Shown in pieces: positions 1 to 12,955 of a stretch of DNA of 64,000 nucleotides (positions within the stretch are counted from its first letter, which is position 1; each line of letters starts with the position of its first letter). The stretch comes from Adineta vaga (taxonomy: Eukaryota > Animalia > Rotifera): NCBI GenBank assembly GCA_021613535.1, contig CP075496.1:10416001-10480000 (forward strand). Reading direction: 5' to 3'. The notes under the pieces are model-generated. The model was given only the letters and a program-made list of their open reading frames with translations. It searched no databases and was not told the origin of the DNA. The position numbers and the translations under genes are program-made.

Positions 1-1958
1 AGTAATTCATTTGTATCTCAAGATAAATCTTTAAATCTTAATGATGATAATATGATAACAAAACAATTAAATTCTAAAGCAGATAATTTAGATAAATATA
101 TTCATTTAGATTTAAAAGGTGCTCCACCATTAGCTGATAAATTTTATGAAAATTTCTTTGATTTTATTGATAAAATACAAATGGGTGTTAAAGGAATTCT
201 AATTGAATATGAAGATATGTTACCATTAGAAGGTCGATTTGTTAATGTAAGTTATAAATATTGATATGAAAAATAAAACACTTGTCTTACTTCTTTTTCT
301 AGACAACTCATCGTTTACATTATACAAAATCTGATATAGAATTAATTCAAACATCAGCTCGATCACATCAACTTGAGGTTATACCTTTAATTCAAACATT
401 TGGTCATCTAGAATGGTTACTTAAATTGGAACAATTACAATTATATCGTGATGATTTAAATTCACCAATGGTTATTACACCATGTCTTAATGATACTTAT
501 ATTCTACTTGAAGGTAAAGTAAAGATTAGCGAAAGAATTATTTATATAAAACAAAACAAAATCTTATTTATTAGATCTTCTTAAACAAACGCTCGATATG
601 CATCCGTATAGTAATACAATTCATATTGGATGTGATGAAGTTATATTAACAAATTCTCATCCAAATTGTCGAGAAATTCAAATGGATATATCACAACGAT
701 ATGTGGAGTAAATATTAAAAAAAAACTTTTGAATGTACTTTTATTTTATTTTGTAGGCATGTAAAACGTGTTGCAAATATCGTTCGAAGAATTCGACCAG
801 CAATTCGAATACTTATTTGGGATGATGTTATTCGTGGTGATCAATTTCTAATGAATGAAAAGCTAGTAAGTAGAATTATTTAGTATCGATTATGAACAAA
901 AAATATGTTCTTATCAATATCACATTGTAGAAGAACTATTGTTCGCTTTATTGTTAACATTCACATTCTCCTTAGAACATATTCTATAATTCATACAGAA
1001 GTGAATGATTAATCAATATTTGAATACATACATAGCAATCTGGAAGATCACTTTTCAATTAAAAATGAATAATAATTTTATTATTGTTTTCTTCTTTAGC
1101 TCAATGAATTGAAAGGTCTCGTTCAACCAGTTGCTTGGAATTATCATCCAATATTTGACGAATCATATGTTTATTCACCTGTATGGAATATTTATTCGAA
1201 ATTATTCTCTACAACATGGGCAGCTAGCGCATTTAAAGGTGGTCTTAATCGTTATTCAATGCAAACAAATGCTACGCATCATGCTTTAAATAATCGTGCT
1301 TGGCTTCAATTTCTTGAGTCATTATCAACTGAAAAGAAGACTTCATTTTCCGCAATTATTCTAACTGGTTGGTCACGTTTTGATCATTTTATGCCTTTAT
1401 GTGACTTATTACCAACGGCTTATCAATCACTTATCAGTAGTTTATATGCTATTAATACTGGCAAAATCCTTCCTAATGATTATATCAATGATTGTGATGC
1501 TTTAATGAATTTAATTGAAAAAGATGGTCAACTATGTCAATCATTACCAGGTAAATGAATGAATTTTTAAAAGCATTCGAAATCTATAGATATTCTTGTT
1601 TTTGCTTATAGGTCTTTCAATTTGGTCAGGTATATCGAGTTTAGCATCATCTCTGGCACAAATTGATGATCGTCTGACATTTTTACATACTGTTGCACCC
1701 TCGTACAATCGTAAACATCGATTTGTACGACGTTATGAGCTTGATTCCCGTCTAAATGAATTACAAATTTTACAAACTGATCTATTAACTATGACTCAAT
1801 CATTACATAAACAATTTAGTGAACTCTATTCAATCGATATTATCGATGAATGGTTTGATCTTTACATCTCACCGACATTGGGACGAATTAATTCAACACT
1901 TTTTGAATTCTCATCAGCACGAAATCAAACATTTTGGTCAAGACGACCATTAATCTAG
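1..1958 (+). CDS. HEXDC: Hexosaminidase D-like (GH20, HEXDC family), 6 exons visible; frame is open to base 1, so probably 5'-truncated
   Basis: Spliced exons (~1-246, 303-513, 575-707, 757-865, 1100-1551, 1612-1958) give HLDLKGAPP, LIEYEDMLP, VIPLIQTFGHLEW, the catalytic IHIGCDE, IWDD, WAASAFKG and IILTGWSRFDHF motifs typical of HEXDC; GT-AG introns keep the frame. Confidence 0.9.
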
Positions 1959-4900
1959 TTGAATATGAGCAACTAACTATGAACAGTTTTGTTTTAGAGT
2001 CATACGCATTTCTATTTACACTATACAAGTACATCTAATTTTTAATCCGTTTTATAATAATTTATCTAATTTTCGGTTTTTCTTCTCAAATGACTATCGC
2101 AATATTGAATGATTTCATTTTTTTTTGTTCTAAATTGATCTGAATAATAAATTTCAATCTCGTTTTTTCATTGATAGTATAATCTTATATGAAAAGGAAA
2201 TGGAAATTTTTCCATCGTATTTTAGAAATCGGAATAAGAATGGATAGATTGATTCGTTATTCAATTACTCGGACGTAATTAAATACTGATAGTCTTCACG
2301 GGAATGATAGAGATTGCTTGTCATCTAGATGAAATATGATATGTATTGATATATAAAATAACGTTTAAATATACTTATTCAACGATATTTCTTAGGGAAA
2401 ATCAAACTTGTTTTGAAATTAATCTAGAGTCAATCTTGTTTCTTCTTCTTCTTTAGAATAAATTCTTTATAAATAGAAAGATGATGCATGTTATAATTAT
2501 AACATAAGAGTAATTCGAAACTATCCCTATCGACTAACGACACTAATTAAACAGAATACTTAGTTCAATCATAATTTACGAAATAAGAAAACATGACTTA
2601 AGAAAGAAATCTGTTGTATTTTGACAAAACCATTGATTTATTCTGTTAGTGTTTATCTTTAATAGCTCATCTCGTAATCTAAATTCCTATTCTCAGCTTT
2701 TATTTATATATGCTCATCTGTAATATTTCTTTGCGAAGTATTTTCTTTCATCCTATCATTATCATTCCATTATTCTTTTCGTACTTATTGTAGTTGACAT
2801 CCATCTATTCATACAAATATTTACCACTTAGAAGACTAGTCAACATTCTTTTGAATACTTATCCAATTTCAAATCTTCGAGAATAACAAAACAATCACTG
2901 TGTTTTCAATGAAATAATAATAACAACATGAGATATTCTATATCAATTAAAATAATATCGCAAAGATTCTTTATAAGAGTACATCATTGATCTTCATTTG
3001 CATAAATTTCTCGTATTATATCACGTTTCTCTACTAGTAATTATCTTAATGATAACATATATGGTTAAGTATAGCTTTTAAACATTCGAATAGATTAATA
3101 ATTGAATAGAAGATTCATCTTTTTGCTTTGATTATTTATTCAACTAATGAAGAAATTTCTTTATAGCGAAAAGATATTTGTGATCATTGCTTTATTTCTC
3201 TAGAAAATATTCAATCCGAATAAAGATCAATATTGAACATGGAAGTTTCATTTGAGAAGTAATTGAGCACGATTTTAATCTAGAAATATGCAAAAATAGA
3301 AAGCCTTAGGCACAATCATACGCTGCTGATGGAAGAATTTGTTATAGATTACTAAGAATTAGTGACTATGCAAATGAATTCATTGATTTTCTGTTTTATC
3401 GCTGATAGAAATCTATATTTCTTTTCTTTTTGTTGGTTGAGTTATCGTTCTAGGACTCCAACTTCCGATCAACTTATTCGCTGTTTATTCAAGCATAGAA
3501 GAAATTCGATTATAAAATCTGCCTTATATTCTTGTATAGTTCTTGTTAGAAAATCTATAGAGCATATAGATGTGTTAATGAAGTGTAAACAAGACTAACA
3601 CTTGAACTATATAACGGAAAAAGAAAACAACAACATTATGTCAAATAAAAAACTCTATTTCAATGATTCATTTGATATATTAGAAAGAAATTAATTCGAA
3701 GATAAAATCTTCTGTCTATTGAATAACCTTGAATCTATATATTCTTTCTGAGATAATCAAAAGTATGAATGCATGACGATCTATCATCATAAAAATTTCT
3801 GATGACTAAGTAAACTGAATCGAACTAATTTTTGTCAGAATATATTTTATTGGTCATAGATATGAGCTGAAGCAAATGAAAGGCAACTGTCAAAATAATA
3901 AGTAACTTCCTTATCGAAGTCTCTTTTTCTTCTTCTTCTTCTTCTTCATCTCTCTCGAGTTTTTTCTTGATAGTCATCCTATTGCTATTCAGTTGCTCGC
4001 GACACATACCGAGTTCTTTTGTTTCAGATATGAAATAATGATGAACAAGAGAGAGAGACCAGGAAACATTATAATAAATAAGATTTCGCTTTTAGCCTAT
4101 CACCTTTTTCATGAACTGCGTGAAAGATAAAGCTAGCATCGGTTGATTAGTTTTTATTTTGTTTCGTGAGCAGATGAAAATGAGCACCTGCAATAAAAGA
4201 AAGAAATTTCGACATATATTAAAATAATGATGACAGTAAATCAAGTTTTCTGAATCTGAGTGACTTATTAATATGTCAATCTTAGTTAATCTATAAAACA
4301 AATGATGGAAAAATGAGATACAAAATTATCCGATATTTTCCATATTGTCTTGTCATATTCAATAAAACAACTTTTTGAGAAACAAAAACACAGAATTCTT
4401 CTTCCGTTTTCTTGTTTAAGAGATTGTGCACACAATCTTTTTTTTTCTCGTCAACCATTGAATTGTCCTAGTCCTATCTTAATGTGTCGAAATGACTCGC
4501 ACACGTCATATTCTATCAAAGACAGCATTACTTCAAACAACATCGTTGATGAAAATCGCTTCTATAGAATAGTCAAAATTCAATTAGACAAAACATACGC
4601 GAACGAACGAACGAGCCAAGTAAGTGAGCGAACGAGAATAGTATATGCGTAAGTATAACGACATAAGTTTGTCTTTTATTGCACGTTATATCTACATAGA
4701 TTTGCTCGTAGTGTCAATATTTTTCTTGCATCGATGATCATTAGTATAACAATACAGTCAAGTTCATTCGGTATTATCATTACTCTATATCGTTTGCTTC
4801 TCTCTCGCTTTATTATGTTAAATATAGTCGTATTTTCTTTCGATATCATTGAATGTTTGTTTCTATTTATAAAAAATAAATGAGCAGTGTTTATTTTATA

Positions 4901-5949
4901 ATCCATATGATATTCGATCATAATCATATTTTGAAGTTTTCTTTTCGTGTGAGAAATTATTTCTATCCTTATTATCTTCAATTGAAATGCGACTGATTTG
5001 CATTTATTTAATAGAATAAAAATAAACTTATTTTAATCTCTAATTCTCACGAAAGAATTTTCCTCTTTCTTTCCTTCAAGGTCGATAGGAGAAGAAAAGA
5101 ATGACAGAAATGATATGTATATGCCAGGATATGATTATTTCCTCTATCCTTAAGTAATAGTCTTGTTTTTAGTTCGAACTTTGTTTTTCTTTGTGCTCGG
5201 ATCGATCGGAACATAAATGTGTTAGAATATGATTTTGCCGAACAATCATTCATAAAATTTCTATGCATATTTTAAATACTATTAACGATTAATCTACTAG
5301 GGGTTATCATTAAGAACATATCTAATCAAAAATGACTTCTTTTCCCTTTCAATTTATTGTCTGATTAATACGAGTTTCCTTTCTTTTTTTTTCTCTTCTT
5401 CTTTCTTTAATATATGCTCGTTCATTCATACATTTTCAACACATGTCATGTTGTTTAATGCTCTTAATATTCATCTACTCCTCCTTTTCTTCAAATCTCG
5501 TTTATTTGTGCATACTAGTAGTTCCATTAATCAAAATCTTTCGTTGTTGTCGTCATCGTCGTTGTCGTCTTTATTTATTAGAAGAGACTCTTACTCATTC
5601 TTTTTAGTGGTTATTATCAAAGAAGAAAAGAAGAAAAAAGAAAAAAAGATAAATGATAAATGCTAGACTATCGTCCATCGTATATGAATGCACCTAATTA
5701 ACAAGTAGAAGATAAAAAAAACCGAAAGCTAACTTAGAAGAGGAAGAAGAAGACTTTGTCTGCCTATAAACTATAGAATGCAGCATCATTGAATTAGTAG
5801 TTTTCTTTTCTTATACTGAACTTTAATGGGTGCTTGCCAACGATGAGAAACGACATTGTCGCTGTCATTTTTTTTACAAATATTAGCTGTGTAACAAATA
5901 AAGATGCTTCCCTCATTTCCTCTTAGGTCTTTTTTACTCGCTTTCCTAT

Positions 5950-5951
<2 letters not shown>

Positions 5952-5980
<29 letters not shown>

Positions 5981-5992
5981 TTCTCTTTCTCT
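5952..5992. repeat. (CT)n/(GA)n microsatellite upstream of the NMDA receptor gene
   Basis: tctctctctc... run read directly; it produces the spurious ERERER ORF. Confidence 0.85.
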
Positions 5993-6346
5993 ATAAATAT
6001 ATATTATAGATGTGATTGGGTTCGAATGTAGGAGAATATACTGAGTGAAGAAAGCCAAGAGAAAGTTAAACATAGAAATAAAAGACAAGCTGAATGGTTT
6101 TGAATTGAAAACTTCTAATAAAATTAATCATTTTGATTTTCTTCTATAGGCTTTTACATCAGTACTATTATAACATTGATCGATATTGTTGATCTGTTTA
6201 TTATAAATGTAAAGTCGCAGTTGCCATTGTCGCCAAGACTACTGCCGCCTTTGGTTTCCGACGTCACCAATCATTGCTGTCATTATCCCGATGCCGCCGT
6301 CTTTGCTAGATCCATTAATTTGTTCATCGATTATTCGACGACGATT

Positions 6347-9300
6347 ATGTTTGATTATGTTCATCAACGGTCATTGTCGACCAGTTCATTATCAACATTA
6401 TCCATTCATCTTATCATGTTTTTAAATTTATTTTCTTTTTGTCTTCATGGTATTGATAGTCAATTTGTTGATAAGCCATCTTTAAAAACAATCTTTCAAT
6501 TACGAAATGTACAAATTCAAAATCTTCAACAGAAGAAATTACTTCGAATTATTTATTTTCGTGAATTAAATCGACACATCAATGAAAGTTTCCTAACGGC
6601 TGATGTACGAAATTTAACTAGAACATATGGAATTGATTTGAAATTGCATATATTTAATCAATCCAAATCATTGGTAGCGACAAAATTATGTTCATTGATA
6701 TCACAAGAACAACGTGATACAATTCTTGTTGCTGATTTATATACAAAAGAAATTGATTTTTTATCTCGTTCGTTGAGAATACCAACTATTGCTCTTCTGA
6801 ATCGTTATCAAATTGTTCAAGGAAAATTAGTATGTTTTCTCAGTCGAAAAGAAGTTTTTCTTTCATCTAAATTTATTTTAGCATAATCCATATCTGTTTA
6901 AACTAATGCCAGATGTTGTAGAAGAAGCAAAAGCAATGATAGATGTTATGGAAAATCGTTCAGTTTATACTCGAATTGGTAAAAAAAAAACTCTTTAAAA
7001 GTTTTGTTTTTTCAGTCAGAATATCAAATGCTCTGCTTTACTTTTTCTTAGCTTTAATTTATGATACATCACTTGATATGGTCGAATATCGTCTATCATA
7101 TCTTCGTCTTACTAAACAATATATTATTTATCAAGCACATTTACCACGTATATCATTATCTCATGAACTACGTCGAACAGCACGTGTAATTATTTATGAT
7201 TTAACACAAATTGATACTGATCTTATTCTATGTATAATGTCATCCGAACGACAATTACAATTTCTTCGTTTAATTAAAGAGTATGGTTCTGCATGACTGT
7301 GCAATTGTTATTAAATCGAACGAGTTGGTGGTTTGCTTCACGAATGACAGAACCATATGGATTTTTTTATTTACCAAAAATTCATACAGCAATTGCAGAT
7401 CGTTCACGAACATTATCTCATTTTCCAACTGCAAGTATGAAAATTGTAATTAATGCGATTATTAAAACTTATATTCGTGTAACAAATATTCCTCATATGT
7501 CTTCGTTATTTATCGGTCCACCAACCTGTGATAATCTTTTGGATGGATCTCGATTAAAAAAGACACAGATATTTATTAAGTAAGTAGAGAAATCGATCGG
7601 AAAACGATGAGTAAATTAATGGAAAAAAATCTCTTTTGACAAGATTCGAAATTGTCTATTTTATACTCATAAGCAAATATACCCTTAGGTTATAAACTAA
7701 TATAATTTCAAGTCCAGAATAAAGTGTATCTCTATTAATAAAGATAGAAGAGTTCATCTTCTTTGAGTTTCTATTAGAACTGTCAGTTTGACATTGTCGA
7801 TGCACTTAAAGGTAGAAAGAGTGTAAGCAAAGGCTGTTTTTATTTTTAATTAATCTAAAGTATCGGTGATGTTTAAAAGTCTATTAAATTGTATTTAAAA
7901 GATTCTTTACCAATTATACGGAATGGAATTGTGAATTTTACTTTGGATCTGGTGTAGATCCACTATTATTTGAATCCAAAACATTAAGTTGGCGTGTTCC
8001 AACAATATTTATGGTATCAATTTATTTTTCAAAATTTTTAATATAATATCACATTCTTCTCATGTTTCAGGCACATACAGAACATTCATGTTTAGGTTTA
8101 ATAACACGTACGTTTTTTCAAAGAACGAATAATGCTGATTATTTCTTCCGTTCTTGCCGACCAATAACACATCCAACACGAAAAGGTTCATCTTCACAAG
8201 AAAATACAACGCTACGTCCATCATCGAATGCACTTGTCGATATTACAGCTTTCCATGCGACATCTGCAAGATTATGGGATGATTTAAGAACAGAATGTCG
8301 TTTTATATCTATGGAGAAATTGTTAGATACATTTTTTATAATTGGCGTTGTTGAACCACCTTACATATTTATATCTGATGCACAAATTTCATCCGATTTT
8401 CATTGTAATTATGGTTTACCATGTTATCGAATTGATCCTCCATTGATCAATCAAACGATCGATGCATTTTTCTTTCATTCAAATAATCATTCATTACCAC
8501 ATTGTTGTTATGGAATATCGATTAATCTTTTTATACGTATGAAAGATTCCAATTTAATATCAGATTTAAAAACAACGAAACTATTTGTTTTTGCCGATAA
8601 ACCTAATAAATGGTTAGCATTAGTTCAAACATTACACAATCGTCGAGTAGATTTATCTATATCAGCTATACCATATGAATCATTTCTAGCACGTTCATTA
8701 GAATTAAGTCCATCATTCTATCATTCGTCGTATGTTATTTTAACTGCACCAGCTATACAACGACCCGCTTTAGGAGCTTTTTTACAACCATTTTCGTGGT
8801 CAACATGGTGTATGATATTTCTAATACTTAATGCAACAGCTTTATTTGAAACATTTTTCGAATGGCATAGTCCATATGGGTAAGGGAAACAAACTATAAG
8901 AAGATGTAGAAATAAGAATATTTCTTGGTTTTTAATTTCTAGTTTGACACCGAGAGGACGTCGTCGACATAAAGTATTTAGTTTAGCATCTGCATTAACA
9001 TTAAGTTGGTCCATTGTATTTTCACATACGTTCAAAACAAAATCACCGAAATGTTGGTCAAATCGATTCTTAGGAAATGTATATTTCAAAGATTTGACGA
9101 ATATGTTTTGTATATATATATGTGTGTGTATAGGTCTGGGGTGGTTTTGGTATTGTTTTTATTGCTATCTATACGGCTAAATTGGCTTCTTTTATGGTTG
9201 AAATCGATGAAGGACACACAGAAACACATATCCATGGTGTGGTTGTAAGTAGTATTGCATAAAACTATGATTAGATTGAAATCCTTGAGAGATACCTAAA

Positions 9301-10674
9301 ATGAAGTTGAAATCAGAATTTAATCAAAATTGTATGAAAAGTTCAATGATTAAATTCTATTTCTTACAATTTCATTATCGAAACTAACCTATTTGAAATA
9401 ATACATAATCTTTGTCACTACTCATTTCATGCACCATAAGTTAACAAGTGTTGTGTGAATCAAAAACAAATCTTATTATTCTTTATAGGAAGGATGTAGT
9501 AAGACGCCAAAATGCCTTGTTGGTGTTGTTGCTAATACAAGTGACGAAGAATACATGCGAAAATTCTTTGCCAATACACTGTATAATTATGTAACCTATG
9601 TACCATCCTATGCCCAAGGTATTGAATCATTAAGAAATCGTTCTATTACATATTTATTCATGGATCATTCGATGGCACGATACTATTTAACTCGTGAAGT
9701 TTTCAAAGCTATTCGTATAAGTGGTGATGATTTTGGTACATTTGGTTTATCATTAGGTTTTTCGAGATCTGATATAGAATTTAAAAATAATATTACAAAT
9801 ATTTTAATCTCTTATGTTGATAAAGGTTAGAATAAAAACAAATTCTATTTCTTAACATTGATTTATATTATTGTATGAATTGTTTTTAATAGGTATTATT
9901 CAACGTTTACATGATGATTGGTATTTTTATGAAAATTGTGAAACGAAACGATTGGCCGAAGTAACATTATTAATTGATATTGTTATCAAACTATCTTTTT
10001 CTTTTCTTTTTTTCTAGAATCGAATCTTAACAGTTGAACGATTAATGGGCGTATTTATTCTATTAGGTGCCGGAATATTCATTGGATTAATCATTCTTAT
10101 AATAGAATGGATAGCATTCAAATACGGTGTACCATATTGGCGAAAACGACAGCCATTTGGTGCAATGTTTCTTTCACAAGTAAAGAACAATTATTTGAAC
10201 AAAGCAAACAGATTTCTATCTTATTTTGTTTTTCTCTAGCGTTTATATGCTGCTGTAAATGCAACAGAGGAGATATATAATGAAGCATATAGTACATCAA
10301 AAACTCCTTCATTTCGATATATTGGAGAACGGTAGGTTTGGATGAATCCCGCATTGGACATTTCATCTTTCTTTTTCCTATCTAGTCTTCACAATCATGC
10401 TACGCGATGTGACAGTCTTGATTTACGTGTTGTTGATGTTCCTAAATTATTATGTACAAGTTATCAACTAAAAGAACAAATAAATAAATTTACAGAACAA
10501 CAACAGCAACAACAACAAGATTCACCATTATTGCTTCCAAATGGTGATATACGTTATTCATCAAACGTAAACGAAGATGACGACAAACAAGAATTCATTC
10601 GAACACGTATTAATGAACTTGAACAAGAATTAAATGAATTAAAAGCACAATTAATGAAATTTGATAATGATTAA
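6347..10674 (+). CDS. Ionotropic glutamate receptor, NMDA type, GluN3-like (divergent), ~11 exons
   Basis: Signal-peptide-like N-terminus; S1 CCYGISINL; M1 [36 protein letters not shown] (GluN3: [26 protein letters not shown]); KSPKCWSNRFLGNVW; M3 IYTAKLASFMV; M4 GVFILLGAGI; SQRLYAAV and a C-terminal coiled coil as in GluN3; frame discontinuity near 7293. Confidence 0.85.
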
Positions 10675-11336
10675 AGTTCTCATTTTTTTTTTGTTTTCTT
10701 GTCTTTTATATATGGGTGCTATTTGTGTGTGCATTGACGCAGTATATGTACCTGTGTAGATTATTGTTTTTAGTTCCTTTTTCTTTGATCACCTCGTCAT
10801 CCATACACAGTTATATTTCTAATTGATTAGAGAAGTTTTATTTGCCCATCCAGAGACTTCTTCTTCTTTCTTTTTTGTTGAAGAATAGAATAAACATTAT
10901 TTTCTGCCAGTTGAAATCTCGAACAGAAGTGTTTGTATACATATGCTTTCTTCATCGAGAAATAACAATTCACTCGACTGAACTGTAAATTATGCAAATA
11001 ATGGAATGACATTGTTCGGCACAGAAAAAAATCATTCATTTAGTTTCTCGGAAGAGATAAACATAATTTTAAATAAATGCAAAATTAAATACATAGTTGA
11101 ACCGCTCGATGAAATCTTCAAAAAACAATTCTAGGTGGAATCTATTCAAGAACGTTCATTCATTCATTTGTTCTTTCGTCTGAAAACAATTCCAAAAGGT
11201 AAATAAATATTATTTTCAATCGACATGTACATCAAAATATCTTCACAATGACACGATGAGAACAACAGAAAAAGTGAGATTTTTACCGTTTGATTTCTTT
11301 TTATTCTTCTTCTTCTTCTTCTTCTATGCATACTTC

Positions 11337-11351
11337 GTAACTCAAGGCAAC
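11337..11351. promoter_or_regulatory. RFX X-box-like motif (GTAACT-CAA-GGCAAC)
   Basis: Matches GTNRCY-N(0-3)-RGYAAC; lies ~130 bp upstream of the ATG at 11480. Confidence 0.5.
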
Positions 11352-11479
11352 TTGCAACAACATCAACAAGTAAAAAACGGTCGAGAGAAGAAAAGAAAAG
11401 TCTTTTTTTGATTATTATTCTCGTTATTTCTTCATTTAGTCACAAGTTACTTGAAACAATCAATAGCAAAAGAACTTTC

Positions 11480-11927
11480 ATGAGTTTACAAGCACAGTTC
11501 TACGAAGCACTACGTCGACAACATGTTGTCGATCAACGACAATCAGTTGGTGTTTCAAGACAAGTTCAACAATCGAAATATCAATCACGATATATTCCTG
11601 TTGGTGTACTTCGAGAAGATGATATGTATTTACCATGGTCATTTAATCCATTACGTCGAACAAAATTAGCTCATAGTGAAGAAAATTTCTTTCAAAAAGA
11701 TCAAGAATATCGACCGTAATTTATAAAAACATAAATAAAATCCATTGTTTTTGTAATTTTATATGTTAATTTCCTTGTAGACCTCCAGTACCATCAAAAG
11801 AACGATATGTTCATTATGGAAAACTTCAACATCGTTTTACTGTAAGGATTTTTCTTGTTTATATATCCAGATTGAATCATTCATGTTTTCTTTTATTTAG
11901 GCAACTGATTATATTCAACAACGATAA
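11480..11927 (+). CDS. Small uncharacterised protein (~108 aa), 3 exons
   Basis: ATG 11480; two GT-AG introns (after ...YRP and after ...RFT) splice in frame to PPVPSKERYVHYGKLQHRFT and ATDYIQQR*; no family recognised. Confidence 0.7.
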
Positions 11928-12955
11928 AACAGACAAAATATACGATAGTTATTCTCTTACAAGTTGAATATATATATACTTTTGAAATTATATCGAAATA
12001 AAAGCCAAATATGATCAAATCATTTCCTAAATCAATACTTTCTTTTAAACATATCAATCTTATCACAATATTTATAGCCATAATTTTCGGTAACACTCAT
12101 AACGTGTCACTGATTAGAAAGAGAATACAATAATAGAAAATTTGACGTGTTAAGGAACTCTTGACTCTGTAATGTAAAACTCTCCATCAAAAGAACTCTT
12201 CTAGACATTCAATATTACTTTCTTCCTATGAATCATACGTCAAATAGTGAAAGTAGTTTCGACAGAATAATAACAATTAACTGTATCCTATTTTCTCGTC
12301 TAGAATTTCTCCATCCTAAAGAATAGCTAAACACATATTTACTGTACTAATCATACTCAAGGTAAAACATTTCCTTCATAAATATCTAGCTAATTATTTC
12401 TATACTTATCAATAATTTCTCATCATGTTAAACATAATCTCTTGTCACATCAGCTAACATAAGAAAAAAAACAACGAATATATTATTTTGTCAGACTTTT
12501 TGCTATCCATGACATTGTCATATACCCTATCAGCCATACTTTTTCAACATAAACACACGTCTTATCCATTAAATAGATATCCGTTCGGAACATATCCCAT
12601 GCCTAGCATATCATCACATTCCTATCTACCAATCCGATACGTTTTCTGTCATCAATCAAACGAACTAAAACATTTGAGAATGTGTTTATCCTTCCAACAA
12701 CAACAATAACAAAATCGACCTAACATAGCTTTCCATGTTTTGTTTTCAATAATTATCGTTTTTATTATAAAAATAGAAAACACACACACACACACGCAAA
12801 TACATCCATGCCTATCTCTATTCGTAATAAAGGGACGAAAAAAGATGAACATCACCTTAATTTATTTTCTTTGTTTTTATACAATTTTGGAATGAATAGA
12901 TACATATTTATATATATATATATTATGATAAGGAAAACTTTCCTTTTTTTCCTTT

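Noticed and set aside
2000-6100. Several 60-100 aa ORFs between HEXDC and the NMDA receptor gene
   Set aside because: Low-complexity F/L/I/K/R-rich translations of AT-rich and microsatellite DNA; no domain and no consistent splice structure
6176-6346. N-terminal extension of the ORF starting at TTG 6176
   Set aside because: Non-ATG start from a prokaryote-style caller; ATG 6347 gives a plausible signal peptide, so this is probably 5'UTR
12488-12720. Slightly GC-richer 73-aa ORF downstream of Frizzled
   Set aside because: No homology recognised and no splice support; probably antisense to the Frizzled 3'UTR
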